64,000 bases of DNA, from assembly GCA_965248435.1 (NCBI GenBank), contig OZ252100.1:3008001-3072000 (forward strand). Direction: 5' to 3'. The translations under genes were made by a program, and so were the position numbers. The notes beneath the pieces are model-generated. The model was not told the DNA's origin. It did not search any database and saw only the letters and a list, made by a program, of their open reading frames with translations. Source of the DNA: Candidatus Latescibacterota bacterium. GTDB lineage: Bacteria > Latescibacterota > UBA2968 > GCA-2709665. Numbering within the stretch: the stretch's first letter is position 1; each line of letters begins with the position of its first letter. This document shows, piece by piece, positions 1 through 11,369 of the stretch.

Positions 1-2607
1 ACTACAGATCATATCGTCGAGGTCACCGGGCTGACCCCGGGGGTGCAGTACGTCTTCCAGGTCACCTCCACGAACGCGGACGGCCTGGAGATCACAAGCA
101 CCGATCCCCTCACCAAACTACAGGTCCCTGGCGGGTTTGGAAGCTTCACGACCAACACGGATCCGGACACGCAGTTCCCGGTTATTACAGCGGCTCCAAA
201 AGTGGTGGCCTCCACCTCATCGAGCCTCACGATCGAGTGGGGTTCGGACGAGGTCAGCAACAGCCAGCTCAGTGCCGGGGCGTCTGAAGACGACTTCGAC
301 ATTTCAGAGATTTCCAGCGATAACGTGACGACACACCGGGTTGTGCTCACCAAGCTGGCCGCCGGCACGACCTACGCTTATCAGGCCGGTTCCACGGATG
401 CCTCCGGAAACGGGGTCACGTTGAGCAAGGTCGCCTTCGGCAGTACGCCGTCAGACATAGACATCTCGGCGCCCGTTATCTCAGTGGATGCGAGTGTCGT
501 CTACAAGAATGACCGACAGGCCACGATCGGCTGGGAGACGAGCGAAGCCGCCGACGCAGAGGTCGCCTTCGGGACAACCGAGGAGAGCCTCGACCAGATA
601 CGAAACGATCCCGACTTCAACACGGCCCATACGATCACGCTCACGAACCTGGACGCGGATCAGCTTTACTACTACCGTGTCTCCTCCAAGGACCAGAGCA
701 ACAACGGTCCCGTGAGCAGTGATATCCTCTCGTTCCAGACCGACGCCGATCCCGACGTCACGTCGCCCGTCATCAGCAACGTCGTCGCCACCCCTGGGGA
801 CAGCACGGCCACGATCACGTGGGACACCGACGAGGTCTCCGACAGCGCGGTGTTGTTCGGCACCGCGGGCGGATCTCTCGACTTCAACGTCGGGGACGCC
901 TCGGACGTCACGAGCCACGTCCTCATCCTGACGAACCTGACGCCTGACACAGACTACTCCTTCCAGGTGGAATCGGTCGATCGTGCCGGGAACCCTCCTT
1001 CCGAAGGCACAGTCACTGCCTTTAAAACATTCGCAGCCGGTGCAGTTCCTGCGCCGGATCCCCCTGATCAGCCCACGGCGACAGAGGGAAGCGGAATCGT
1101 CAGCCTGGCGTGGGAGGCGAGTGCCTCTTCGGGCGTCGTCGGCTACATCGTGGAACGGGAAGCCGGAGACGGGAGCTTCAGTCCCATCGCCACCCTTGGC
1201 GTGGCCACGAGCTATGTGGACAACAATGTCGATAACGACGTGTCCTACAGCTACCAGATCCGCTCCCTCGCAGCCCAGCAGCTTTCGGGCGATCCCTCCC
1301 TTGCTTCGGACGTCGTGACTCCGGCGGTCGACAAGGGTCTGGATACCCCGACGCTTGCGCTGATCCAGGGTGACCCACTCAGCCCGACGATCGTGATCAA
1401 CAACAGCTCCGGAAGTGGATTGTCCTACACGTTCCACCTGGCCTCGTCCAGCGACTACTCGGATGCCCTTTCCCTCGAAGCCGGACTCTCGGCCGGGGCA
1501 GGCACCGGATCGGGCGATCCAGCCGGTGTGACCGCGTGGACCGTGGACAGGACCCTGGAGGACGGCACCACCTACTACTACCGGGTCAAGGCCGGCGACG
1601 GAACGTTCGAGAGTGCTTTCCTGGAGGGCCAGATTACCGTCGATGCGACTGCGGCCGAATTTCCCGGTGACCTGGACGGTGACTTTAAGGTCGGCTTCTT
1701 CGACTTTCTGGGCTTCGTGGGTGCCTTTGAGAAGTCTCCAGGCGACTCCGGATTCGACCTGGCCGCCGATCTGACCGGAGATGGTGCGGTCGGGTTCTTC
1801 GACTTTCTTGCCTTAATAGGGCTCTTTGACAAACAGTACGTCAAAGGTGAGAGCGGCACGAAACCGGTGGCCGTGGTAAAAACCTACGGCATAGACGTCG
1901 ACACCAAACTGCAGCTCGTCAGAAGGCCTTCATCCTCTGTGCAGGGTAAGGAGTTCATCGCCGACGTCACGGTTTCGAATACCCACAACTTGAAGGGGTA
2001 TGGGCTGACCGTGAAGTATGACCCGGATCACCTGAAGTTCATCTCGGCGACCGACGGCGGGCAGGGCATCCTCAAACAGGATGGGCGGCTCGCTGAGATC
2101 TTCGGAGTGCTCAGACACGTGCCGGAGACAGGCGAGATCCTCGTCGCCAGCGCGCTGACACAGGGCTCGCCCGTCGCAGGGGATGGGGTCGCGGCGCGGC
2201 TCCACTTCGAGATCCTGGATGGTAATCCCAGGGGAGGCCTGATCGAGATCGTGGAAGGCCTCCTGATCGACGGCAAGCTGGGAGTGAACGCCGCTCAGAA
2301 CCTTGGCGCCAGGCTCTCTCTCGTCCCGGACGAGTTCGCACTGGAGCCCAACTTCCCCAACCCCTTCAACCCCGAGACGACGATCCAGTATGCCGTCCCG
2401 GAGGCGGGTCGCGTCTCTATCCGCGTGTATAACATCCTCGGCCAGGAGGTCGCCACGCTCGTCGATGAGGACCACCTGGCTGGGTATTACGTCCTGCGCT
2501 GGGGCGGCCTGGATGCCCGGGACCGTCCGGTCGCGAGCGGGATCTACCTCACCCGGATGGTGGCGGAAAGCTTCCAGCAGATCCACAAGATGCTCCTGCT
2601 CAAGTAG
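1..2607 (+). CDS. Secreted fibronectin type III-repeat protein with dockerin-like, cohesin-like and FlgD/T9SS-type C-terminal domains (5'-partial)
   Basis: Frame 1 is open from base 1. Repeated FN3-like units (TITWDTDE..H..ILTNL.PDT.Y), twin DLDGD..VGFFDF dockerin/EF-hand motifs, a cohesin-like segment (GYGLTVKYDP), and C-terminal NFPNPFNPETTI...SGIY...KMLLLK. Confidence 0.85.
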   Translation, partial: TTDHIVEVTGLTPGVQYVFQVTSTNADGLEITSTDPLTKLQVPGGFGSFTTNTDPDTQFPVITAAPKVVASTSSSLTIEWGSDEVSNSQLSAGASEDDFDISEISSDNVTTHRVVLTKLAAGTTYAYQAGSTDASGNGVTLSKVAFGSTPSDIDISAPVISVDASVVYKNDRQATIGWETSEAADAEVAFGTTEESLDQIRNDPDFNTAHTITLTNLDADQLYYYRVSSKDQSNNGPVSSDILSFQTDADPDVTSPVISNVVATPGDSTATITWDTDEVSDSAVLFGTAGGSLDFNVGDASDVTSHVLILTNLTPDTDYSFQVESVDRAGNPPSEGTVTAFKTFAAGAVPAPDPPDQPTATEGSGIVSLAWEASASSGVVGYIVEREAGDGSFSPIATLGVATSYVDNNVDNDVSYSYQIRSLAAQQLSGDPSLASDVVTPAVDKGLDTPTLALIQGDPLSPTIVINNSSGSGLSYTFHLASSSDYSDALSLEAGLSAGAGTGSGDPAGVTAWTVDRTLEDGTTYYYRVKAGDGTFESAFLEGQITVDATAAEFPGDLDGDFKVGFFDFLGFVGAFEKSPGDSGFDLAADLTGDGAVGFFDFLALIGLFDKQYVKGESGTKPVAVVKTYGIDVDTKLQLVRRPSSSVQGKEFIADVTVSNTHNLKGYGLTVKYDPDHLKFISATDGGQGILKQDGRLAEIFGVLRHVPETGEILVASALTQGSPVAGDGVAARLHFEILDGNPRGGLIEIVEGLLIDGKLGVNAAQNLGARLSLVPDEFALEPNFPNPFNPETTIQYAVPEAGRVSIRVYNILGQEVATLVDEDHLAGYYVLRWGGLDARDRPVASGIYLTRMVAESFQQIHKMLLLK

Positions 2608-2651
2608 CCCTGACTCGTTGAGCGACGAGACCTTCAAACAGAGCTGAACAC

Positions 2652-2685
2652 GTTAAGGCCGCCCGCGTGGCGGCCTTAACTGTTT
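2652..2685 (+). terminator. Intrinsic terminator-like hairpin
   Basis: 12-bp stem GTTAAGGCCGCC/GGCGGCCTTAAC followed by TGTTT, downstream of the stop codon. Confidence 0.7.
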
Positions 2686-2854
2686 GCAGTCAGCCTGCAA
2701 GCAGCCAAAGGACTTGACTTCGGCCCGTTGGAAAATTAGATTTGCACCCCGTTTTTCACGAACTGAACTGACAACCGGTTACCGAATGCCGCTTCCCAAT
2801 CCCCGTTTTTCAATCCTTCGTTCAGAGTATCGATCGGCATGCCCCACACACGGC

Positions 2855-5800
2855 ATGCGTCTGTTCCCTTCCGGAATCATCCTTCTGGCCCTCCTGCTGA
2901 GTCAGCCCATCACACCTTCCGCCCAGACCCTGAGCTCTGCTTCATTCGCACTTCCAGGCCTCTGGTCCAGCTCCACTTCGTGGGGTGACTACGATGGCGA
3001 CGGGGATCCAGACCTCGTCCTCACCGGCCTCACCGGTCCTGCCGACAACTGCGTCCCCATCGCCAGAGTCTACCGAAACGACAATGGTTCACTGACCGAC
3101 ATCGGTGCCGGTCTTGAAGGTGTATACCTGGGGGCAGCAGCCTGGGGAGATTACGACGGCGACGGAGACCTGGACCTCGCAGTCACCGGATTGACTTCTG
3201 AGGGCGAAGGAAGCCTTTCCCTCTATGAAAACGACCTGGGACAGTTCTCGGAAGACCTGGCCCAGTCTGATCTCACCCCGGTCCGCTACAGCGCGCTGGC
3301 GTGGGGGGATTACGACAATGATGGTGACCTGGATCTGGTCGTTTCGGGAATGACCGCCGCGGGGAACACGAGAACCAACCTCTACCGCAATCCTCGGACT
3401 GACCGGAGCCGGATCGGGAGTCCGCTCGGCGGTCGACCGCTCCTGGAGCTGGACAGCCCGAACAGTGCGCGTCTGATCAATCTGAATCAGGGCAGCCTGG
3501 CGTGGGGGGATTACGACAACGATGGCGACCTTGACCTGGCCCTTTCAGGCATCGGCACTGCCGGCACCCGGCAGACCGCACTGTTCCGCAACGATCCAGA
3601 CGGCAACCTGACGAGGGACGATCGAAACGATTCCGTCTCGCCCGTCTCTTCCGGCGATCTGGCCTGGGGCGACGTCGACAACGACGGGGACCTGGACCTG
3701 GCCGTATCCGGCTGGAGCAACGAATGGGAAGCCGTGCTGGAGATCTACACGAACTCGGCGGGCATCCTTCGTGAGGATGAATCCTTCAGTTCTACCCGGA
3801 TCATCGGATCCATCGCATGGGGCGACTACGACAACGACGGGGACCTTGACCTGGCCGCAACCGGGCAGACAAGCACGTCTGACCGATTCGCCTTTATCCT
3901 CAGAAACGATGCTTCCGGTACGCTCCTGGAAGACCCGGCCCAGGACCTGACTGGTGTTCGCGGGGGTGACCTCGCGTGGGTCGACGTCGACTCAGACGGA
4001 GACCTGGACCTGATCCTGTCCGGTGAAGATATCGATGGCCTCAGACAGACCTCGGTTTATACGAGTGGCGGAGCTGCCGTCGCCAACACCCCACCGAACC
4101 CTCCGACCCGTCTCGGGACACCGATCGTCACCGGCAGCGGGCTCTCACTCAACTGGAACGACGGCTCCGACGCACAGTCCTCCACGACGACCCTTACCTA
4201 TTCGCTCAGGATTGGAACCTCGTCTGGGAGTCACAACGTCTTCTCTGGGACATCTCCCACCGGCCCCGGCAACGTGGACGACAGCAAAACCGTCGAGCTT
4301 TCCATTCCGCTGGCGAGAGGCACGTACCACTGGGGGGTGCGGTCGGTGGACGGTGGCTTTTCGACCTCCGCCGAATCCCAGGAAGAGCTCTTTCTCGTCG
4401 AGGACCTCGTCAGTTCCCTGCAAAGCATCCGGCCTCTTCAGAATAGCGCAATCGCGTGGGGCGACTATGACAACGACGGCGACCCCGATCTGGTCATCGC
4501 GGGACGCGACATCGACGGCATCGCCCGCGCCCTGCTCTACCGCAACGACGCGGGTCGTCTCGTCGAGAACAGCCTGGTCGGTCTTCAGGGAGTACAGGAT
4601 GGGGACCTGGCCTGGGGAGACTTCGACAACGACGGGGACCTTGACCTCGCTCTGACAGGAGCGGACGCATCGGGCAACAGGAACACGCATCTGTACCGAA
4701 ACCGGCTGGAGATGAACGACTTCGCCCTGACCGCAGCCAGCAGGAGTGATCTGCCGCAGCTTGCCAGCAGCTCGGTCGCGTGGGGGGACCTCGATAACGA
4801 CGGTGACCTCGACCTGACGTTGATGGGTACTGGGAACAACGTAAGGGTGGCGGTGACCTACACGAATGATGACAGCGATTTTGTGGAGGCCCAGACGATC
4901 CAGCCCGTGGACAACGGTGACCTGGCCTGGGGGGATGTAGACAACGATGAAGACCTAGATCTTGTTACAATCGGGCAGATCGACAACCAGGGCGGGGCCA
5001 ACCTGGTGCTTTATCGAAACGACTCGCAGGGCGCCCTGACGGCCGACACCCAGTCCTCCCTCCTTGGATTGCTGGCCAGCAGCCTGGCTTTGGGCGACTA
5101 CGATAACGACGGCGACCTCGATCTGGCCGTCTGCGGGTTCAACTTCATCGAGGGCTTTAAAACGACGCTCTACAGGAATGACGGCACGGGCCAGTTCAGC
5201 GATTCCGGGCTCCAGTTTACGGGCGTCGCGGCGGGGAATCTCGCCTGGGGGGACTTTGACAATGACGGCGACCTGGATCTTGTCGTTGTCGGCGTAGACG
5301 CCCAAAGTACCGAGCGAGCCCTCGTCTACCGAAACGAAGGAACGGAGTTTGATGAGATCTCGATCGACATCCTTGCCGGCATCGCCTTTGCGACCGTGGC
5401 GTGGGGCGACCTGGACCTGGACGGCGACCTGGACCTCGCGTCGAGTGGTCGCACCAGCCTGGATCCGTCCACCGTCATTCCGATATCCCGAATCAACGAC
5501 AACCTTGAATCTCGGTTCAACCCGAACCGAAGCCCGTCTGCTCCAACCGGCCTGACCGCTTCGCCACAGGGAAGCGGTGTCACGTTGGGCTGGTCCGGAG
5601 GGTCTGACCTCGGGTTCGACGTTACGCCCGATGAAGCGCTGACCTACATCCTCAGGGTCGGCACCGAGGCAGGGGGGAACGAAACCGCGTCAGGCGCGGC
5701 GCCCGCCGGAATCGGTCGGATTCTCGACCCTGTCACCAACCTTGAAAACCTTGAAAGCGGACGCTACTTCTGGGCCGTGCGATCGGTCGACAACGGATTC

Positions 5801-6889
5801 GCCAGGTCGGAATGGTCTGGGGAAGAGAGCTTTATCATCGACACCGTCAGTCCGGTCGTGGACAGCGTTCGAATCAGACCCAGGGTGATCCGGGCCGGGA
5901 GGCGGGCCACCGTGGTGATCAGTTTCACCGACGAGCCGGCAGGAATGGACAATGCCGTCTCCCCGGCCGTCTCGCTGACCATTTCTGGTGGAGAGCGACC
6001 CCTTCCCGTCAACCAGGTCAGTTTCAACGGCGACCTCTGGCTCGGTGAGGTCGAAATCGTAACCCCCACCGCCGGCGGATCGGTTGTCGTGAACGTCCGG
6101 GGAGCGCAGGACCTGAACGGCAATCAGATGGCGCCTGTCGAGGAACTTATCGCTGCCCGATTTGCTCCGGGCGCCGGTGGTATTGTAGAAAGTCAGGATG
6201 GCCTCGTGTCGCTCACCGTCTCGCCCAGTGTACTGCCTGAGACGCTTACAGAGAGTCCAGACGTCAAGATCCTTCCGCAGGCGGTCGATACTCCCCCCTC
6301 GGGAACGAGTGCGGTCGGCCAGGCCTATGAAATGATTGCAGATCCCCAATTCGAATTTCGAAAGGCAGCCACGCTCGCGATAGGCTATGCAGGTCAGAGC
6401 GTAGACGAAAACCGGCTCGCCATCTATCAGCTCGTTGGGTCCAGTTGGGAAAGAATCGGAGGTACAGTACAACAGGAACTCGATCAGGTCCGCGTCCCGG
6501 TCGAGCAGTTCGGCACCTATGCGCTCTTCGAAGAAACAGGGACCACGGGTGGATCCGCTTCAATCACGAACGTGGAATTCAGCAACCGGGCCTTCACGCC
6601 GCTTGGGGGGCTTCGCGCCCTCCGCCCCGGGAGCAGACCTTTGCTGGGCAGGACGGATATTTCTTTCAACCTCGGCGCTCCCGCCACGGTGCGGATCGAA
6701 ATCTACAACCGATCCGGCCAGCTCCAGCGCGTCCTGGTGTCAGGTCGCGAGATGGGGTCTGGTCGGCAGGTGGTCACCTGGAACGGCCAGGACCACGATG
6801 ATCGCACGGTGCGCAGCGGGCTCTATATCGTCCTGATCGACGCGAACGGCGCGAAGGCCCACAAGACGGTCGCCGTCGTCAACAACTAG
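2855..6889 (+). CDS. FG-GAP/VCBS-repeat secreted protein with FN3-like and FlgD-type C-terminal domain
   Basis: About 14 AWGDYDNDGDLDL repeats in two blocks, each followed by an FN3-like unit. Signal peptide after ATG 2855 (alternative start 2786). C-terminal WNGQD..VRSGLYI..KTVAVVNN. Confidence 0.85.
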   Translation: MRLFPSGIILLALLLSQPITPSAQTLSSASFALPGLWSSSTSWGDYDGDGDPDLVLTGLTGPADNCVPIARVYRNDNGSLTDIGAGLEGVYLGAAAWGDYDGDGDLDLAVTGLTSEGEGSLSLYENDLGQFSEDLAQSDLTPVRYSALAWGDYDNDGDLDLVVSGMTAAGNTRTNLYRNPRTDRSRIGSPLGGRPLLELDSPNSARLINLNQGSLAWGDYDNDGDLDLALSGIGTAGTRQTALFRNDPDGNLTRDDRNDSVSPVSSGDLAWGDVDNDGDLDLAVSGWSNEWEAVLEIYTNSAGILREDESFSSTRIIGSIAWGDYDNDGDLDLAATGQTSTSDRFAFILRNDASGTLLEDPAQDLTGVRGGDLAWVDVDSDGDLDLILSGEDIDGLRQTSVYTSGGAAVANTPPNPPTRLGTPIVTGSGLSLNWNDGSDAQSSTTTLTYSLRIGTSSGSHNVFSGTSPTGPGNVDDSKTVELSIPLARGTYHWGVRSVDGGFSTSAESQEELFLVEDLVSSLQSIRPLQNSAIAWGDYDNDGDPDLVIAGRDIDGIARALLYRNDAGRLVENSLVGLQGVQDGDLAWGDFDNDGDLDLALTGADASGNRNTHLYRNRLEMNDFALTAASRSDLPQLASSSVAWGDLDNDGDLDLTLMGTGNNVRVAVTYTNDDSDFVEAQTIQPVDNGDLAWGDVDNDEDLDLVTIGQIDNQGGANLVLYRNDSQGALTADTQSSLLGLLASSLALGDYDNDGDLDLAVCGFNFIEGFKTTLYRNDGTGQFSDSGLQFTGVAAGNLAWGDFDNDGDLDLVVVGVDAQSTERALVYRNEGTEFDEISIDILAGIAFATVAWGDLDLDGDLDLASSGRTSLDPSTVIPISRINDNLESRFNPNRSPSAPTGLTASPQGSGVTLGWSGGSDLGFDVTPDEALTYILRVGTEAGGNETASGAAPAGIGRILDPVTNLENLESGRYFWAVRSVDNGFARSEWSGEESFIIDTVSPVVDSVRIRPRVIRAGRRATVVISFTDEPAGMDNAVSPAVSLTISGGERPLPVNQVSFNGDLWLGEVEIVTPTAGGSVVVNVRGAQDLNGNQMAPVEELIAARFAPGAGGIVESQDGLVSLTVSPSVLPETLTESPDVKILPQAVDTPPSGTSAVGQAYEMIADPQFEFRKAATLAIGYAGQSVDENRLAIYQLVGSSWERIGGTVQQELDQVRVPVEQFGTYALFEETGTTGGSASITNVEFSNRAFTPLGGLRALRPGSRPLLGRTDISFNLGAPATVRIEIYNRSGQLQRVLVSGREMGSGRQVVTWNGQDHDDRTVRSGLYIVLIDANGAKAHKTVAVVNN

Positions 6890-6893
6890 TGCT

Positions 6894-8345
6894 ATGAAAC
6901 GAACACTCCTTACATTCTTTCTGATCCTGTTCAGCGTGCCCGTTGCGGCACAGCTCAGCTTTACCGATGCGACAAACGAGACGGGCGTCGCAAACTCGCT
7001 GGGCAGCCAGCAACGTCTGGCCACGAACCTGGCGTGGGGTGACTACGATGGGGACGGCGACCTGGACCTCTACGTCACCAATTGGGGTGCGGCCGTCAAT
7101 CCAAACTATTCTATCAACCGGCTCTACAGAAACAACGGAAGTGGGTCATTCTCAGACGTAGGCCAGTCCGTCGGAGTGGCCGACAATCGCAACAGCCTGT
7201 CTGGGATCTGGGGGGACTACGACAACGACGGCGATCTCGACCTCTATGTGGTTAACGTCACCGAGCAGGACCAGCTCTACCGAAACGACGGCGGCACCTT
7301 TTCACGAGTTACCGGAAGTGCGGGCCTCAACGTAATCTCTCAGGGCAACGAGATCGCGGCCGCCTGGGGGGATTACGACAACGACGGCGACCTCGACCTC
7401 TACCTCTGTAAATACTACTTCCAGAACTCCTTCTACCACAACAACGGAAACGGTACTTTCTCGGAAGTCGCCGCATCGTCTGGAATCGCGGACGTACGAG
7501 ACAGCGAAGACGCCGCGTGGGGCGACTACGACGACGACGGCGACCTGGACCTTTACGTGGTCAACCGGGAACAGAACAACGCGCTCTATCGAAACGGTGG
7601 CAACGGGAGCTTCACCGAGGTCGCCTGCGCCCTTACGTTGGACGATACGGATGTCGGTCGAAGTGCGCGCTGGATCGACTTCGACAACGACGGAGATCTG
7701 GACCTTTCCCTTTCCAACATCGGAGCCAACGCCCTCTACCGGAATGACGGGAACGATCAGTTCGTCAACGTCGCGACGGGCGATCTGAGATCTTTGTCAA
7801 ATTCTTGGATCAGTTGGGCGAGTGCCTGGGGCGATTTCGATGCGGACGGCCTTCTGGATCTCCTCGTGGCCAACGGCGGCGAATCCAGGTCTGGGCAGGT
7901 GAGCCCAGTCTTGCGTTCTGTCAATGTGGGAAGTTTCTCAGATGTCACGGCTTCGTCTGGTCTCAGTACGGATGGATCGAGCGCGACATCGGCCGGTCGC
8001 GGCGACGCTGACGGCGACGGCGACGTGGACCTCTATCTGGTGAACGGTCGACTCAATGTGGAAGCGAACGTGCTCTACCTCAATGAAACATCAGCCGTGA
8101 ATACGATCACGGTCCGCGCGCGACGCAAGGGGGCGGCGGACGGAATCGGCGCTCGGATCAGTCTGCTCCAAGGCAGCCAGATCGCGGGACATCGCCAGAT
8201 CGCCTCTGGTCCGGACGCCATGGAGGCGGTCTTCGGGGTCCAGGACGGACTGACCTACACCGTCGAGGTGACCTTCGCGGATGGGTCCACAGCCTCCCAG
8301 GGCAATCTGACTGCGGGTGCTGTGGTCGAAATCGAACAACCCTGA
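6894..8345 (+). CDS. CRTAC1/ASPIC-UnbV-like FG-GAP repeat protein
   Basis: Signal peptide, WGDYDxDGDLDLYV repeats and a C-terminal DGIGARI...FG ASPIC-like segment. Confidence 0.85.
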   Translation: MKRTLLTFFLILFSVPVAAQLSFTDATNETGVANSLGSQQRLATNLAWGDYDGDGDLDLYVTNWGAAVNPNYSINRLYRNNGSGSFSDVGQSVGVADNRNSLSGIWGDYDNDGDLDLYVVNVTEQDQLYRNDGGTFSRVTGSAGLNVISQGNEIAAAWGDYDNDGDLDLYLCKYYFQNSFYHNNGNGTFSEVAASSGIADVRDSEDAAWGDYDDDGDLDLYVVNREQNNALYRNGGNGSFTEVACALTLDDTDVGRSARWIDFDNDGDLDLSLSNIGANALYRNDGNDQFVNVATGDLRSLSNSWISWASAWGDFDADGLLDLLVANGGESRSGQVSPVLRSVNVGSFSDVTASSGLSTDGSSATSAGRGDADGDGDVDLYLVNGRLNVEANVLYLNETSAVNTITVRARRKGAADGIGARISLLQGSQIAGHRQIASGPDAMEAVFGVQDGLTYTVEVTFADGSTASQGNLTAGAVVEIEQP

Positions 8346-8347
8346 CC

Positions 8348-9705
8348 ATGGATCATAAACCGACACGACACATCTTTGCACTCCTGGGCGCGATCGCTCT
8401 GTTCCTTTGGAATCCGGCATCCGCCGAGGAGCGACCACAGGTCGCGAGGACCGCCCGCATGGTCGGACTGGGTGGCTCGCTGACCGGGATCGCGGACGAC
8501 GCCGCTGCGACCTTCTGGAATCCCTCGGGAATTTCCACACTCCAGAGGCAGGAGATCGTCTTTTCCTACGCAGACCGTTATGGACTGGGACTTCAGAACA
8601 GCGAAGTCGGCTACGTCTTTCCGATGTTCGAAACCCACGCCGTGGGCCTCAACTGGACGCGCGAGGGATTCAGCGACGACGAACTCAAAGACGACCTTCA
8701 GGTGTTCAACGTCGCCTACGCCCTCCAGCTGCACCGTTCGATTTCCCTGGGGTTAGGAGGAAAATTCGTCCTCCAGAGCATCGATCTGGACGGCGAGTCG
8801 CTTCGAAGCGCCAGCGGCGACAACACGCAGTTCGAAGAGGAGATCTTCCCGCAGAACCTCCGGGTCGGAACGGCGATCCAACCCCACGAATCGCTCACGA
8901 TCGCACTCGACGTCGACGACCGGATTCACGGAGGACTGGAGTACCAACCCTTGTCTGCGCTGCTGCTGCGGGGCGGCCTACACCGACAGCTGTCTCCCCC
9001 CGACGGCGCTTCCAAGACGTTGAACTACGCCCTCGGATTGGGGGTTCAATGGAACAACATCAAAGTCGACTATGCCTACGACCATCACCCTGTGCTGCCG
9101 GCCACTCACCACGCGTCCGTCTCGATGTCCTACAACCCGTCCCTCGTCACTGTCAAGGACGCGTTGATCCGGCCGTCTCCCGTTTTCAAGTCCCTCTACC
9201 GCACCTATGAGGAGAGTGATTTTGTGGACGTGGTCCTCCGCAACGCCTCCCAGGACGCACTGCCCGTCACGATCAGCATCGACATCCCCACGGTGACGAA
9301 GACGCCGCACGAAGAGAGCGTGACCATTCCCCCACAAAGCACTCAGCGATATGGATTTACGCTCACGTTTCCGAATGACCTTTTGGCCACTCAATCCTCC
9401 TACTACGACAACCTGGTTCAACCCACGGTCAAAGTGACCTACACCAAAGGTCGGAAAAGTAAGACCGCGACGAAACGCATCAGCAGCGTCTACGTCCTGG
9501 GAAAGGGCAAACTCAGCTGGTCCAATCCGGCAAGGATCGGCGCCTTCATTACCAGCGAGAGCCGAACAGTAGACACCTTCGCCCGTGGTGTCGTCGGGAA
9601 CTATATCGACTTGCTTCAGAAGAAGTTTCCACGCAACAACATCGGAAAGGCCGCAGTCGTCTTCGACGCCCTCAGCGCCTACGGGCTCCGATACCAGCAG
9701 GATCG
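8348..9705 (+). pseudogene. 5' half of split PorV-like barrel / transglutaminase-like / TPR protein
   Basis: Signal peptide, PorV/FadL-like start ARMVGLGG..ADDAAATFWNPSG, ending in FDALSAYGLRYQQD. It then runs into unrelated DNA (stop 9742) and continues in frame at 46582. Confidence 0.75.
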
Positions 9706-9913
9706 GGGGGCCAAGCTATACCCACAATTCTCCGGGGCCTAGTTTTTCTTGGCCTATAACTTGATTTTCGGGCGTATTCGCTTAAAATCCTGGGGCGGAG
9801 AGCAACTGGGGATTGCAGTTTCATCTCTTTAAGGGTTGGGCTGATGGCAGCGGTGGGAAACTTAGCTATGATGCTATTCGACAAGCTTTGCATCATAATC
9901 TGGATCATGTGCG

Positions 9914-10054
9914 ATGACTAAACCAACCGCAGGATGGATCAACCGGTGGACGCAACTTTTCAGGAGGAGAACCCGGGCTATCCGCCAGAAGGTGGAGGAT
10001 CTGGAAAACCACACCGTAGGCATTTTCAAACGCGAGCCTCCGGGAAAGGAGTAG
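9914..10054 (+). CDS. Small hypothetical phage-region protein (46 aa)
   Basis: MTKPTAGWINRWTQLFRRR...PGKE*, read by hand. ATGA overlap with an upstream fragment; ends 6 nt before the next gene. Confidence 0.4.
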   Translation: MTKPTAGWINRWTQLFRRRTRAIRQKVEDLENHTVGIFKREPPGKE

Positions 10055-10060
10055 TCAATC

Positions 10061-11020
10061 ATGGGATGGGATGGTAATGGAAACGTAGTTCGTAGGGACG
10101 GCACGAGAACGGGAAGCTCTGTCTTCGAGCTGGCGAGAGAAGCGGATGTCCTTGTTAATGCTCCTGATCACGACACGCACGACAATGAGATTGCCACCGC
10201 CATTGAAAACTGTGTTGCTCGGGATGGACAGAACCAGCCTACCCTTAACCTCCCAATGGGGGGGAAAAAACATACGGGAGTAGGCGATGCTGTCAGCGAG
10301 AGCGATTATGCCGCATACGGGCAGCTTCTCGCTCTCGTGTCTCCGTTTGTGTCCGCTGCAAACATAGGCGGCACCGGCGATGCTGTTACGCTGACTCCGC
10401 CGATCGCGGCGACTTCGTATGTGACTGGCAAGGGCTTTTCGTTCTTCTCCGAGCTTGCGAATACGGGCGCAATAACAGTGACGGTCTCGAACCTTGCGGC
10501 CGTGAGCGTCAAGCGCGCGGACGGAACCGACTTTGACAATGGAGATATCAAAGCGGGGCGGTATGTACGCATTATCTACAATGGTGCGAACTTCCACTCC
10601 AATATCCCGCCTCCAGTTCCGGATGTAACGGATTTCGCTCCCTTCGATTTGGACGAGGATGTCACGAGAGCGATCACCAGCCTGTCCGATGCTGACGGGT
10701 TTGTGGTGGCCGATAAGTCTACGACGGGTTTCCCGAACCGAGTCATCCAGGCGCAGGACATCGCAGACTACATGCAGGTGGAGGTGGATCTGGACGCGGA
10801 CCGGGTAACGGGCGGCACGTTAAATGTGAACCGTATCCCGAATATCCCGGCCAGCAAGACCTCTTCGGGGACGTTCAACGTCCTGCGTATCCCGAACTTG
10901 GCTGCATCCAAGATAACGTCAGGGATTTTCAATGTAAATCGTGTCGCATCCGTGCTCACGCAAACCGCGTACAACGCTCTGACGCCGGACGCGAACACAC
11001 TCTACTTGATAACCGGGTAG
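10061..11020 (+). CDS. Phage tail-fibre-like structural protein
   Basis: N-terminal DNEIATAIENCVARDGQ..LPMGGKKHTGVGD typical of podoviral fibres, three 18-aa ASKxxSGxFNVxRIPN repeats, C-terminal TQTAYNAL..DANTLYLI motif. Confidence 0.7.
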   Translation: MGWDGNGNVVRRDGTRTGSSVFELAREADVLVNAPDHDTHDNEIATAIENCVARDGQNQPTLNLPMGGKKHTGVGDAVSESDYAAYGQLLALVSPFVSAANIGGTGDAVTLTPPIAATSYVTGKGFSFFSELANTGAITVTVSNLAAVSVKRADGTDFDNGDIKAGRYVRIIYNGANFHSNIPPPVPDVTDFAPFDLDEDVTRAITSLSDADGFVVADKSTTGFPNRVIQAQDIADYMQVEVDLDADRVTGGTLNVNRIPNIPASKTSSGTFNVLRIPNLAASKITSGIFNVNRVASVLTQTAYNALTPDANTLYLITG

Positions 11021-11023
11021 TCT

Positions 11024-11303
11024 ATGGCCTGGCGCTTATTTGTATGCGACAACGTTGGTGACGAGCTTTGGGAGTTAGACCCCGATGGTTCAGATACGGA
11101 AGGGACTTTGTTACGTTCTCTACCGAGCGCTCTAACTAGTCCGGAGGGAATGACGGTTTTTGATGGGAATCGTTTGCTTGTATGTGACAACATCGGTGAC
11201 GACCTTTGGGAGTTAGACCCCGATGGTTCAGATACGGAAGGAACGAGGTTGCGCGCCTTGCCGACTGGGGCAGGGTTAGGCAGTGCGAACGGCATGACGG
11301 TTT
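11024..11303 (+). pseudogene. Repeat (propeller-blade-like) phage protein truncated by IS3
   Basis: Two 46-aa/138-bp tandem repeats (RLxVCDNxGDxLWELDPDGSDTEGT..GMTV). The stop codon lies inside the IS end. Confidence 0.55.
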
Positions 11304-11369
11304 TGACCTGACCCCCTGGATTGTTCCCATTCCTAGAGTTAGGATATGGGTAACCAGAAAGGGGTCATT

